Shown: positions 9,349-18,017 of the stretch, piece by piece | How positions within the stretch are numbered: position 1 is the stretch's first letter | How the letters are laid out: each line of letters opens with the position of its first letter | Sequence record: PP496443.1 | Direction: 5' to 3' (one strand) | Length of the DNA: 64,000 nucleotides | Made by a program: the position numbers and the translations under genes | Notes under the pieces: model-generated | The model's database searches: none | What the model was told of the DNA's origin: nothing | Seen by the model: the letters and a program-made list of their open reading frames with translations, nothing else

Positions 9349-9639
9349 TTACTTGACGTACTCGGGATGTCTCACTTGCGGGTGACACACGAAGTCAATG
9401 GACTGCACGGGTAAGATGAGTGGCACCGTACCCTTATACTTGCGGATCAGCTGGGCGTATATCTCACCGTCCCACTTGCCCAGCTCATTCGCTTGACTAA
9501 CTCTCTCATCTAGGGAGAGCCGGGTTGCCGCTGACCAGCAGTCTGACTTGGCTGTGGGTCCGTCGAACGTCTGGATCGGCGTGTAGCCGTTGTGCAACGC
9601 GGTGAAGACCGCGAGCATCAGGAAGTAACCCGTGTTCAT
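9349..9639 (-). CDS. Hypothetical protein with hydrophobic N-terminus (96 aa)
   Basis: ORF overlapping the upstream stop (ATGA), followed by a terminator. Confidence 0.6.
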   Translation of the reverse strand: MNTGYFLMLAVFTALHNGYTPIQTFDGPTAKSDCWSAATRLSLDERVSQANELGKWDGEIYAQLIRKYKGTVPLILPVQSIDFVCHPQVRHPEYVK

Positions 9640-10475
9640 TTTAGTATCTCGATAGGTGGCTTCTTGGCGTTGGGGTTCGGACGGGGTTTACTGTCAGGGT
9701 TCAGGGTCGCCGGTTCCCTCCATTCGTACCTCGCCGGTCTTTCCTCTGTGCCCACGGTGTCGTCACCCGGCAATTCATCTATCAGCTTGTAGTAGCCAGT
9801 GGCCTGATCAATCGTGGGTTCCACATAGATCTTGGTGTGGATGGCCCCTTGCCTACTGACACATAACCTGCGAATGACCGGGTGTTCCTTAGTGCCGAAC
9901 CTCGGCCCTCCAACCAGACTGGCTGTGTAATACGTCGGCCCCTCCGGTGGAATCTCTACGTATGTGCCGGGTACGTTCCCGTGATATAGCGGGGGATTAG
10001 TCTGCGTGCTGCCCGGCGTCACCGCATCTGGTCCGTCCGGCGTGCCTTTCATCTTCATGCGATACACGCGGATCATCTCATGCAGTTCGCCGCCCGGCTT
10101 TAACGCATCTGGGTCATCCGCGTGAATGAAGGCCAGCATGTCGATAGCGTCTACTTCAAAGCCTATCGCCTCAAACGGGATCAGCTGGAACTCCTGATAC
10201 ACGCCGGGGATCGGATCTTGCGGTCGGTACAACGCGACCACTCTTCCTTTGCCCGGCTCGACGCCGAGTACGCTTTCGTCTCGACCCACCCACATCTCAC
10301 GTGATCCCGGCACACTAGCTGGCACGTGTTCGATAGTACCTTTCGGGTAGTGCGCGTTGAACGTGGCAGTGAAGCACCGCAGGTTGCCCTTGTAGCAGCG
10401 GAACGGTTTGGTCTCTCTGGCGTGGCGGGTCAGTGGGTTGCTCAATGGTGTAGATTGTTTGACGATCAGGCTCAT
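9636..10475 (-). CDS. Hypothetical protein (279 aa, Pro-rich)
   Basis: ORF with GAGGA RBS; no motif recognised. Confidence 0.7.
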   Translation of the reverse strand: MSLIVKQSTPLSNPLTRHARETKPFRCYKGNLRCFTATFNAHYPKGTIEHVPASVPGSREMWVGRDESVLGVEPGKGRVVALYRPQDPIPGVYQEFQLIPFEAIGFEVDAIDMLAFIHADDPDALKPGGELHEMIRVYRMKMKGTPDGPDAVTPGSTQTNPPLYHGNVPGTYVEIPPEGPTYYTASLVGGPRFGTKEHPVIRRLCVSRQGAIHTKIYVEPTIDQATGYYKLIDELPGDDTVGTEERPARYEWREPATLNPDSKPRPNPNAKKPPIEILK

Positions 10476-10511
10476 GGTGTATGTTCCTCTTCGGGGTAGT
10501 GGGTGCTGCGG

Positions 10512-10832
10512 TTAGTCGTTGAACTCTGCTGGATCGAAGCCGAAACGTTCGCACCAGTCCCGGCGGCGCTCTACAATTTCACGTGCCTGCTCTTTGGAGT
10601 AGATGGCACAGCGGATCAGATCACGGATATCCCCCATGCGCTTCCACATGTGGAACCCTTGATAGAAATCATCAAGTGCCTGCGTGTGTTCCTTGATCAG
10701 CGACGTGATGTGGAAAGACGGTTGGGTCAGCTTCATCAGCTCGGCGTGGTCTTTCGCGAACTGGGCCAGCTTGTTGCTCACCCAGATGTCGGCTTTGACT
10801 TGCAGCAGGGCGTAGTTGGTGTCAGTGTTCAT
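10512..10832 (-). CDS. Hypothetical helical protein
   Basis: Start re-placed at ATG 10832 (MNTDTN) after GAGGT RBS. Confidence 0.65.
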   Translation of the reverse strand: MNTDTNYALLQVKADIWVSNKLAQFAKDHAELMKLTQPSFHITSLIKEHTQALDDFYQGFHMWKRMGDIRDLIRCAIYSKEQAREIVERRRDWCERFGFDPAEFND

Positions 10833-10856
10833 GGTGTACCTCATTGGGGTAGTGGA

Positions 10857-11390
10857 TTATTTCTTCATGCCTTGGCGCACGAACGTGAGTGGTTCGAAGG
10901 GTGGTCTCTCAAACCACGATACGGGGTTTGCTCTCTCCAATCCGGCACGCCACCCCAGATAAAAACTGGCGGTGACGATGGACTGACGACGGTTAGTTAT
11001 CTCGATCCTTCCAGTTGCCATCAGCGTCTTGATGTCCACGAAACCCGTACGCTCGACCTCGATGTCAACTTTGCTCCAGTGCTCCTTCGTCTTAGCGAAG
11101 TCGGATACAGCTTTCGGTTTGAACAATTTCTTGTCGGTGAAATACACGACGGGGTTGGTGATCTTACCCAGTGCACGATCTGAGCGGCTGGTGTGATACC
11201 AAGCCTCATGAACTACGCTGGCAATGTCTCCCACCCCGATACGCGCAGCCAGGCATTGCCATACGGTCGGGGCAAAGCACACACGCAGCGTCTCAGCGCA
11301 TTCGTCGCGGTTCCTGCCGATTGGCACCTTGGCCTTCAGGATGACGTGCTTGCCTAGATCTTTCACGGACACGTGATAAAAGCGGGGCAT
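10857..11390 (-). CDS. Hypothetical protein, possible ADP-ribosyltransferase-like fold
   Basis: FYHVS...RVCFAPTVWQCLAA...TKEHW pattern (H..S, aromatic strand, late E); directly downstream of a sigma70 promoter. Confidence 0.4.
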   Translation of the reverse strand: MPRFYHVSVKDLGKHVILKAKVPIGRNRDECAETLRVCFAPTVWQCLAARIGVGDIASVVHEAWYHTSRSDRALGKITNPVVYFTDKKLFKPKAVSDFAKTKEHWSKVDIEVERTGFVDIKTLMATGRIEITNRRQSIVTASFYLGWRAGLERANPVSWFERPPFEPLTFVRQGMKK

Positions 11391-11437
11391 GGTGTGGCTT
11401 CCTATTGGACAGTGGGGCGGCAGTGTGCCGCACGTGC

Positions 11438-11467
11438 ATGATATCAGATGGGAACCATGGGTGTCAA
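11438..11467 (-). promoter_or_regulatory. Sigma70-type promoter with extended -10
   Basis: Minus strand TTGACA-N18-TATCAT with TG upstream of the -10. Confidence 0.7.
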
Positions 11468-11486
11468 CACCCGACCGACGCAGGTG

Positions 11487-11520
11487 AAAAAGCCCACGCA
11501 GCGGCTAGGCAGGTGGGCTT
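11487..11520 (-). terminator. Rho-independent terminator
   Basis: AAAAAGCCCAC...GTGGGCTT downstream of the gene ending at 11525. Confidence 0.75.
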
Positions 11521-11524
11521 GAGG

Positions 11525-11815
11525 TCAAACGAGCTTCAATACTGGCCTTGGTTTTTCACCTACGTCAACGGACGCATGTAGTTCCAGATCAAGTGCGAGC
11601 CGTATTAAGTCCGAGTAGGGCTCTCGTGAGTGTGCCCAAACGTCTGGCAGTGTCGTGCGGTAGACGTGGACAACCGTGTGCAGCTCTTCCTTGGCGTAAA
11701 CACCTGCCCGCATCAACTGAGTAACCCGTGCACGCACCTTGGGTGTGATCCACGTGATCAGATCCTCATACGTTCCGGTCCAGATCATCACCTGATGATT
11801 AACGCGCTTCGCCAC
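11525..11815 (-). CDS. Hypothetical protein (paralog of 13624-13956)
   Basis: GTG start; MIWTGTYEDLITWIT resembles MTWMGSVESLTTFLT. Confidence 0.6.
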   Translation of the reverse strand: MAKRVNHQVMIWTGTYEDLITWITPKVRARVTQLMRAGVYAKEELHTVVHVYRTTLPDVWAHSREPYSDLIRLALDLELHASVDVGEKPRPVLKLV

Positions 11816-12140
11816 TGGACACCTCTTTGTTGGTCAGTATCCAGCCGATGCTCAGGACCAGACGTGGCCCATGGCACATAACCCTGTGTCGGTTGATGTC
11901 AGGACGGAACAGGTTGAAGCGACCCTTGATCACGGCTTCTGGGCATTGGAACGCGGACGTTGATCCCTTGAGCACGATGTTCAGACGCCAGTGCCGTTTA
12001 CCTTCCACTGGATCAACGTGCCACGCGATGCCTTGCTTGTCCATGTACCGGATCAGATAACAATCACCAGAGCGCCATTGGAACAGCAGCATCTTGCGGT
12101 ATTGCCCGGCACGACCTTGAACCCACTTGGGCCAGTTCAT
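11799..12140 (-). CDS. Hypothetical protein (113 aa, Trp/Arg-rich)
   Basis: ORF overlapping both neighbours. Confidence 0.6.
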   Translation of the reverse strand: MNWPKWVQGRAGQYRKMLLFQWRSGDCYLIRYMDKQGIAWHVDPVEGKRHWRLNIVLKGSTSAFQCPEAVIKGRFNLFRPDINRHRVMCHGPRLVLSIGWILTNKEVSSGEAR

Positions 12141-12469
12141 TCCGAAGACTCCGCCAGTGGCTTTCCTGATACAACAAACCAGAAGCCGCTTTCCTCATCC
12201 ACTTCGAACTCAGTCAGCGTGCCTTTGCTATTGGTCAGTAGAGAGACTCTACGAATAAGGTTAGTACGATCGAAGAACACCTTAAGATAAGGCCCGTTAT
12301 TGTCCGTGATCAACATAGGCCTGTCATAGTCGAACGGGATTATCACACCTGAAAGGGCGGAGCCTACATGAAGAGGGTAATGCTCAGGACCTTTATAGTC
12401 CTCGGGAGGATTGGTAGTTTCTTCAGGTACGTAGTAACCGAATCTACCTTTAACTACCTTGATTGACAT
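12137..12469 (-). CDS. Hypothetical protein
   Basis: Start re-placed at ATG 12469 (MSIKVV) after GGAGG. Confidence 0.6.
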   Translation of the reverse strand: MSIKVVKGRFGYYVPEETTNPPEDYKGPEHYPLHVGSALSGVIIPFDYDRPMLITDNNGPYLKVFFDRTNLIRRVSLLTNSKGTLTEFEVDEESGFWFVVSGKPLAESSE

Positions 12470-12794
12470 TACCGCCTCCGGATACTGACTCGATGGCAAT
12501 GATCTCTGCACCGATGAGCAGGCTCTTCAGCCATTCTTCACCACGTTCCTCTTCGTCCTCGATTCGGACGTCTCCCATCATAATGAATGGGCAGTCATTG
12601 TGCGTCTCGAGCTTGTCAAAGACTGTGTTTACGGCGGCGTCGATAACATCCCAGCCAGTACAATTGCCGCCGATCTTCACTTCCATGACGGCGCGAAGCA
12701 ATCCCGATGCGAAGGTCAATATAACGGTTTGGGTAACCTTGCCGCCGAACATTGCGAGAAAAGATCCGAGCTGTTCGTGATCATAGTTCAACAT
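12450..12794 (-). CDS. Hypothetical acidic protein (114 aa)
   Basis: ORF coupled to the GNAT gene stop. Confidence 0.6.
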   Translation of the reverse strand: MLNYDHEQLGSFLAMFGGKVTQTVILTFASGLLRAVMEVKIGGNCTGWDVIDAAVNTVFDKLETHNDCPFIMMGDVRIEDEEERGEEWLKSLLIGAEIIAIESVSGGGNVNQGS

Positions 12795-13618
12795 TAGTCT
12801 GTCCTCTTGATATTACCGGGTAGGGTGTAGGACCACGGCTTGACATAATCTGCCGGGCGGGTGTAGCCTATCAGGTCTTCACCTTCGTAGGGGCCGTGCT
12901 TCCACGGGTCAGTAATCTCTGCGCGTTCAAACCCGATGGACTCGTATAGCTTGATCGCACCTTCGTTGTCCGGGTCCACGTTGAGATGGTGGGGCAAACC
13001 TTGGGTCAGTTCCCAAGACAGCAGGAATTCTAGCATGCCTGTGGCAACACCGCGACGGCGGTAATCAGGGTCAACGCTGATCTCCTTGACAAAGCACGCG
13101 TCCACCTTCTCGCTGTCCTCGTCTTCTTTGAACATCACAACGTCCATCAGCCCAACGACCTTGTTGTGCGCGGTCACGGTCACCCGTACCTCTTCCTGAT
13201 CCGGCATATCCCCGCTCCAGCCATTCCATCGGGCCATGGTCACCGTGTACAGATGGTGTTGCCCGTCGTGCTTGGGGCCGTGCACCTGATGCAGTGCACG
13301 TGCATTCTTCAACTCCATCTTGGCGCCGGGCTTGATGACCGGGAATTCCAGATGCTTGATTTCCTTTTCAAGCATGATACCAATCTCGGAGTCTTTCGCT
13401 TTCTTGTCTTTGATGGTGGCTCGGTACACTGTGTCTGTGTCCGTGTTGTAAACACCCACCTTATCCGTCATCACCGTAATAGACGGCACAGCGGACCAGA
13501 TGTACTCTTTGCAATGAGCTTTATCCGGGAATGCGAAGCCAACGGACTTGCCGTCTACAATGACCAGCCACGGGCAATGGCCGGGATGCGGAAACCGAAG
13601 GATCTTTTGTGTGGGCAT
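12794..13618 (-). CDS. GNAT (RimI-like) acetyltransferase with N-terminal extension
   Basis: EISVDPDYRRRGVATGML (acetyl-CoA motif A) and VDPDNEGAIKLYESIGF (motif B). Confidence 0.85.
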   Translation of the reverse strand: MPTQKILRFPHPGHCPWLVIVDGKSVGFAFPDKAHCKEYIWSAVPSITVMTDKVGVYNTDTDTVYRATIKDKKAKDSEIGIMLEKEIKHLEFPVIKPGAKMELKNARALHQVHGPKHDGQHHLYTVTMARWNGWSGDMPDQEEVRVTVTAHNKVVGLMDVVMFKEDEDSEKVDACFVKEISVDPDYRRRGVATGMLEFLLSWELTQGLPHHLNVDPDNEGAIKLYESIGFERAEITDPWKHGPYEGEDLIGYTRPADYVKPWSYTLPGNIKRTD

Positions 13619-13623
13619 GACAC

Positions 13624-13956
13624 TTACCTCGAAGGGGCAGGGGATTTGATTGGTGTCACCCGCTTAAGACCGGTCGAACTGGCATTAAGACGTGGGACCG
13701 GGTTGATGGTCATCTTGGTCAACGGTGTCAATCCCAGCACACGGACTACTTCTTCCGGCAGCTCGGCACGCGTCCACACAACTACGTCTGGAGACACAGT
13801 GGACATCACGTAGATGGGCAAGTCATTGATCGCCCGTGCTTCCACTCGGTGCACGGTCTTCAGCCGGTCCAGTGCTTCTTTGGTCAGAAAGGTGGTGAGT
13901 GACTCGACGCTACCCATCCAGGTCATGATGGGGATGTTGCGACTAGTAGAATTCAT
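13624..13956 (-). CDS. Hypothetical protein (paralog of 11525-11815)
   Basis: Shared W.G..E.L..(W/F).T and PDV...(S/T)R.E segments. Confidence 0.6.
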   Translation of the reverse strand: MNSTSRNIPIMTWMGSVESLTTFLTKEALDRLKTVHRVEARAINDLPIYVMSTVSPDVVVWTRAELPEEVVRVLGLTPLTKMTINPVPRLNASSTGLKRVTPIKSPAPSR

Positions 13957-14162
13957 TGTTCAATCCCTTGATCGAGTGGAGTTTCAAGTCTGGCGATAAC
14001 CGAGTTCAACCAGATGATGCGGTTGTTGTAGCGCTGTTTCAGACGGCCTACCGGTGGATTATTCCCTTGCAGCACCCCGCACATTCTTTGCAGCTCAAGG
14101 CGAAGGGAAGCAATAGCCTGCTCGACGTGATTGCGGTCAGGATTAGAGTTCTCAGTGCTCAT
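13953..14162 (-). CDS. Small hypothetical coiled-coil protein
   Basis: 69 aa ORF with AAGGA RBS, overlapping the next start. Confidence 0.55.
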   Translation of the reverse strand: MSTENSNPDRNHVEQAIASLRLELQRMCGVLQGNNPPVGRLKQRYNNRIIWLNSVIARLETPLDQGIEQ

Positions 14163-14176
14163 GTATCTTTCCTTTA

Positions 14177-14503
14177 TTACGGTTGGGTCAATGCAGATTC
14201 AAGTTTCTTGTAGCATGCTGCGACGATGCCTCTGGACATGCGGTCAGCCGCCCAAGAGTTTTGTAGCAGCAAGTGACTGTAGTGGAACAGATCACCTTGG
14301 AGCAACAAGTCGGACAGCTCCATCCGGTTGGCCAGATGAATAGAATAGTCCTCGTCTGCCAGATCCGCCACCTTCGGACCCCACGTGGCAATCACAGCAT
14401 CGAGATTGGTTGGAACGACGGCCAGTGTCAGCACCGTCTCTCCCTTCACAACACGCAGTCCCGCCAGCGTCTTGCTCACATACCGTTCAATGGTGATGCT
14501 CAT
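14177..14503 (-). CDS. Hypothetical protein
   Basis: Start re-placed at ATG 14503 (MSITIE), adjacent to the upstream stop. Confidence 0.6.
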   Translation of the reverse strand: MSITIERYVSKTLAGLRVVKGETVLTLAVVPTNLDAVIATWGPKVADLADEDYSIHLANRMELSDLLLQGDLFHYSHLLLQNSWAADRMSRGIVAACYKKLESALTQP

Positions 14504-14504
14504 A

Positions 14505-15134
14505 TCAGATGTCCGCAATGATCTTCAGGATGAACGAACGTGCTGCTTCGTTCAGTGTCTCGATACCCTCCAGTGCTTTCTTCTTGGCTGGCTTATACGG
14601 TGACAGACGTTGCTCGTCTACGTGTTCTATTGCACCGTCATAGTCGAAGTCGATGAACTCTGCTGACAGCAACCAATAGGCACACGCACGAGACGCAGCG
14701 AAGTGGAACTCCAAGAGTCCAGCAGGGTATTCTCTCATAACACCCTGACCCTCATCATCGTGAAGACAGTACAGAGTATTGTAATCTTTGGGGCCGCCGG
14801 TGGTGAACTGGAAGGTGCGTTCCCCGATGTCCATCTTTTCGAACTCGGCAAAATCTGCTTCGTTGAACGGCCAGTCAACGGCCTCGATGGATTGAACGAC
14901 GCCACCTATAGTCCAAGTATAGGTTATTATTGGCGAGTCACCCATCTTATTTATGCTGCCCTTGGAAACGGTCAGGACAGATACGTCTGGGTGCTGCATG
15001 GTCAGGAACAGGTTGCCGGTTTGCACATGAGACGGAACAAGTCCGATCTGCATGGCACGCTGATATTCGTGGCGGCAGTCCAACCTGATGTGCAGTTTCG
15101 GTTTGGGTTTGCGTACCGGGGCCTTAGGTGGCAT
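14505..15134 (-). CDS. Hypothetical protein (209 aa)
   Basis: ORF with GAGGA RBS and an upstream GTAAATG box. Confidence 0.7.
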   Translation of the reverse strand: MPPKAPVRKPKPKLHIRLDCRHEYQRAMQIGLVPSHVQTGNLFLTMQHPDVSVLTVSKGSINKMGDSPIITYTWTIGGVVQSIEAVDWPFNEADFAEFEKMDIGERTFQFTTGGPKDYNTLYCLHDDEGQGVMREYPAGLLEFHFAASRACAYWLLSAEFIDFDYDGAIEHVDEQRLSPYKPAKKKALEGIETLNEAARSFILKIIADI

Positions 15135-15196
15135 GGTGTCTTCCTCGTTGGGTCAGTGGGCGGCGGCTTAGTGGCGCCGTGCTACCAGTATGGACT

Positions 15197-15203
15197 CATT
15201 TAC
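15197..15203 (-). promoter_or_regulatory. GTAAATR box
   Basis: CATTTAC between a terminator and the start at 15134. Confidence 0.55.
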
Positions 15204-15222
15204 CCAGTCTGTCAAGTCCAAC

Positions 15223-15256
15223 AAAAAGCCCACCGCCGGTTAGGGTCAGTGGGCTC
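15223..15256 (-). terminator. Rho-independent terminator after RNase H
   Basis: AAAAAGCCCAC...GTGGGCT. Confidence 0.75.
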
Positions 15257-15259
15257 AGG

Positions 15260-15922
15260 TCAAAACAAACTGTTCTTCGGTACACGTTGCGTCAATGCCT
15301 GCAATTCATCAAACGTAAATTGGAACCACTCATGATCTCCGGATACCAGACTATCCGTGGGCTTGGCCTTCTTAGCCTGCTTCAAGATCAGCTTTCGCTG
15401 TTCCCCGGCCAGCACATCTGCCCGTTCATTCCCTACGTTGCCTTTGTGACCACGCACCCATGACACCTTGGCATTGGTCTTCTCTTTCAACGCTTTGGCA
15501 CATAACCATAGGTCGAAGTTGGCGACTGCCTCTCCATTAGCTTTGAGCCCACCTCGACGCATCCAGCCATCCAGATGATCAGTGAATCCCTTCTGCACGT
15601 ATTGGCTGTCGGTTATCACCTGAACGGGTCGTGGCACTTGCCCGAAGATCTGTCGGTGCAGCATGTTGTAGCGGAAGGCGTCAGCCATGGCTGCAATAAC
15701 ACCTGACAGTTCCATGCGTGAGATCGTGGTGTCGTTGTATCCGGCGGCACGGTGACTGACCTCCAATACGTTAGTCAGGTCATTGAACTGTGCACGCAGT
15801 GGAGATAACACGGGGGCATTCAGGTCCACCATGCGGACAGCAGCCCAACCGCCAATACGGTCTTTCGATCCACAAGACCCATCGGTGTAGTACGTCAACG
15901 GTATGTTCTTCTTGCCACGCAT
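15260..15922 (-). CDS. rnhA: Ribonuclease HI
   Basis: YTDGSC...GGWAAV, TISRMELSGVI, ITDSQYV, WVRGHKGNVGNERADVLA: complete D-E-D-H-D set. Confidence 0.93.
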   Translation of the reverse strand: MRGKKNIPLTYYTDGSCGSKDRIGGWAAVRMVDLNAPVLSPLRAQFNDLTNVLEVSHRAAGYNDTTISRMELSGVIAAMADAFRYNMLHRQIFGQVPRPVQVITDSQYVQKGFTDHLDGWMRRGGLKANGEAVANFDLWLCAKALKEKTNAKVSWVRGHKGNVGNERADVLAGEQRKLILKQAKKAKPTDSLVSGDHEWFQFTFDELQALTQRVPKNSLF

Positions 15923-15931
15923 GGTAGGACC

Positions 15932-16666
15932 TTACTTGGTGATTATCTTGTAGGTGAACAGTGCGTCGGACAAGATGCGATGAACCCCGTCGGCTTTGTT
16001 TACGAACAGGTCAGCGATAGCTTCCGCATTGAGTGCCGGGTCGATCTGCCGAACGGCGCCATCACCCATCACGTAGCCTTGATCCTGATCGCGGGTGCGT
16101 TCCTTGTCTTTCAGGATAGACAGGTGGATCACGCTACCGTAACGGAACATGATCTGTGCACGTCCGTGCGCGGTGCTCTGGATACGATCAACGCTGTCCA
16201 CTACCACCTGACCGTACGTCTGTGCGGCTTCCATAACGTGAGCAATCATCGGAGACGCATAACCGGGAGTGCACGCATAACTAGAGCACTTCTGACCCAA
16301 GGTATGTTTCAGTGGATTGAACAACTGGAAGGCGGGCAAAGTCTTACCCATCGAATGTAGGCCGTTGTGAACATCAGTCTTGTCCGCCATCACGTGCCAG
16401 TTGCGCAGGAAGATCTGGCTACTGGAATGGACAAGATACGGGAGTCGCATCAGATCCTCCATCCGGTCCACGAACAAGTGAACGTCGATGATGAACTTGT
16501 TCTCCACCTTAGTCCACCGACCGGGATTGGTACGCTCGATCTCGAGGAACCCGGTTAGGGTCAGGGCCTCTAGAATTACACCCTTGGCAAGCAGTGCGTC
16601 CCGGTCGGTCAGGTTGAACAGGGATTCGGAATGATCCCGGTCGGTGATTAAGGTAATGTAATTCAT
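15932..16666 (-). CDS. Hypothetical protein (244 aa)
   Basis: ORF in a tight operon; no motif recognised. Confidence 0.7.
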   Translation of the reverse strand: MNYITLITDRDHSESLFNLTDRDALLAKGVILEALTLTGFLEIERTNPGRWTKVENKFIIDVHLFVDRMEDLMRLPYLVHSSSQIFLRNWHVMADKTDVHNGLHSMGKTLPAFQLFNPLKHTLGQKCSSYACTPGYASPMIAHVMEAAQTYGQVVVDSVDRIQSTAHGRAQIMFRYGSVIHLSILKDKERTRDQDQGYVMGDGAVRQIDPALNAEAIADLFVNKADGVHRILSDALFTYKIITK

Positions 16667-16684
16667 GGTAGGGTACCTGGGTGC

Positions 16685-16993
16685 TTACAACTTCTGAGGA
16701 CTGACGGTGACAACGCGGATGTCGGCGACGCCCGCACTGATCTGTAGTTCGACTTTGATGAACAGGCTCTTGTCCTCGTTGGTGTAGTAATACACCGCGT
16801 TGGTACGCTTGAGGAAGAACTTTCCTTTGTTCTCACTGCGGTACACAGTGAAGTCTTCCATGTTGTCTTTCTTGAACGTGGTGAAGATCAGTTCACTGGT
16901 GATCTTGGCGACGGCTTTGGTGCCGAGGTCATCCAAGTCCCACTTTATCCCTACACCGGTGGACTGTTGCACGAAGCTCGCGAGGGTAGTCAT
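16685..16993 (-). CDS. Hypothetical protein (102 aa)
   Basis: ORF coupled (ATGA) to the upstream gene. Confidence 0.65.
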   Translation of the reverse strand: MTTLASFVQQSTGVGIKWDLDDLGTKAVAKITSELIFTTFKKDNMEDFTVYRSENKGKFFLKRTNAVYYYTNEDKSLFIKVELQISAGVADIRVVTVSPQKL

Positions 16994-17466
16994 TTGGTCT
17001 CCAACACCCGAATGAAGTCGAGTGGATCTTTAATGATGGGGAAGAAGCAGTGTATTACCTTTTCTAATCCGGTCTGTGACGGGTGAGGATCATGGATAAT
17101 CTTGCCGTCGTACATCACGACCATGTGCTGGCATCCACGCTTCGACGGCCCACCGGCTAGGTACAACGTAGGGAGTGCCAGATGAGTATCCCGCTGGGAC
17201 AGGTGCATGCCACGGGATTCAAATGCCTCCTCCAAGTTGCACCAGAACGAATAGGAGCGTTCATCCTCGGCCACCGTTGTATCATCTACACTCGGGTAGA
17301 ACTTACCTATCTGTTCCAGTGACAGACCGAACAAAGTAGCCACACAGGCCTCTGTGCAGTTACCCGAACCGGGACTACTGGAATCGAAGAGGGTAGTCTG
17401 ATTGACCCGGCGGGCCATGGGCAGCAAAGCCACCGCGTCTTCCTTGCAATAGAAATCTACGCTCAT
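16990..17466 (-). CDS. Hypothetical protein, possible papain/C39-like Cys-His fold
   Basis: GNCTEACVATLFG...GCQHMVVMYDGKIIHDP: Cys at a helix start, His before a beta strand, downstream Asp; start re-placed at 17466. Confidence 0.45.
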   Translation of the reverse strand: MSVDFYCKEDAVALLPMARRVNQTTLFDSSSPGSGNCTEACVATLFGLSLEQIGKFYPSVDDTTVAEDERSYSFWCNLEEAFESRGMHLSQRDTHLALPTLYLAGGPSKRGCQHMVVMYDGKIIHDPHPSQTGLEKVIHCFFPIIKDPLDFIRVLETK

Positions 17467-17615
17467 CGCACCAACATCCATAGGCAGGTTGAAAAGCTGA
17501 ATGTATCCCGGCAGTCAGACCACGTGAAGTATTCCCAGGTGAAAGCTGCAATGATGATTGCGGCGATTGCGAGTAACCCCAGATTAGTAGTTAGCGCTGT
17601 ATCCTTCTTACTCAT
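17463..17615 (-). CDS. Small membrane protein (50 aa)
   Basis: Not in the ORF track: MSKKDTALTTNLGLLAIAAIIIAAFTWEYFTWSDCRDTFSFSTCLWMLVR; GGAGG RBS; overlaps both neighbours. Confidence 0.6.
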   Translation of the reverse strand: MSKKDTALTTNLGLLAIAAIIIAAFTWEYFTWSDCRDTFSFSTCLWMLVR

Positions 17616-17802
17616 GGTTGCCTCCCGCGTTGGCCGCGTCCAGAATGCGGCGGGCGAAACCTTTGCGCTCTGCCATGCGCTTCATAGCTTTGCCGATGGC
17701 ACGACCGAACAGGGTTAATCCAATACGGCTACGCATCTCTGCCCGTAGCCGGGGTGTGGCACGCTGTGGAATCTTCAAACCCCACCGATCTACCTTAGTC
17801 AT
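17608..17802 (-). CDS. Small basic hypothetical protein (64 aa)
   Basis: Arg/Lys-rich ORF coupled to its neighbours. Confidence 0.55.
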   Translation of the reverse strand: MTKVDRWGLKIPQRATPRLRAEMRSRIGLTLFGRAIGKAMKRMAERKGFARRILDAANAGGNHE

Positions 17803-18017
17803 GACTTATCTCCAGTCAGGGGTGTGACTCCCAGGTAATTGCCGATGCGCGGAATGAACAATGGGCAGGCAGTTACACAGACCCAAGCAACGGACATGGG
17901 GAACACTACCCCTTGCAACATCGACCAGCCACATGCAAACAGGATGATCAGACTAAGTACTGCGTAGTACGCGGACCAGATGATCAACCACCAAGCCTTA
18001 CGGGACACGTTCTTCAT
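17799..18017 (-). CDS. Small two-helix membrane protein
   Basis: Start at 18017 (MKNVSRKAWWLIIWS...) overlapping the helicase stop; two hydrophobic stretches. Confidence 0.6.
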   Translation of the reverse strand: MKNVSRKAWWLIIWSAYYAVLSLIILFACGWSMLQGVVFPMSVAWVCVTACPLFIPRIGNYLGVTPLTGDKS

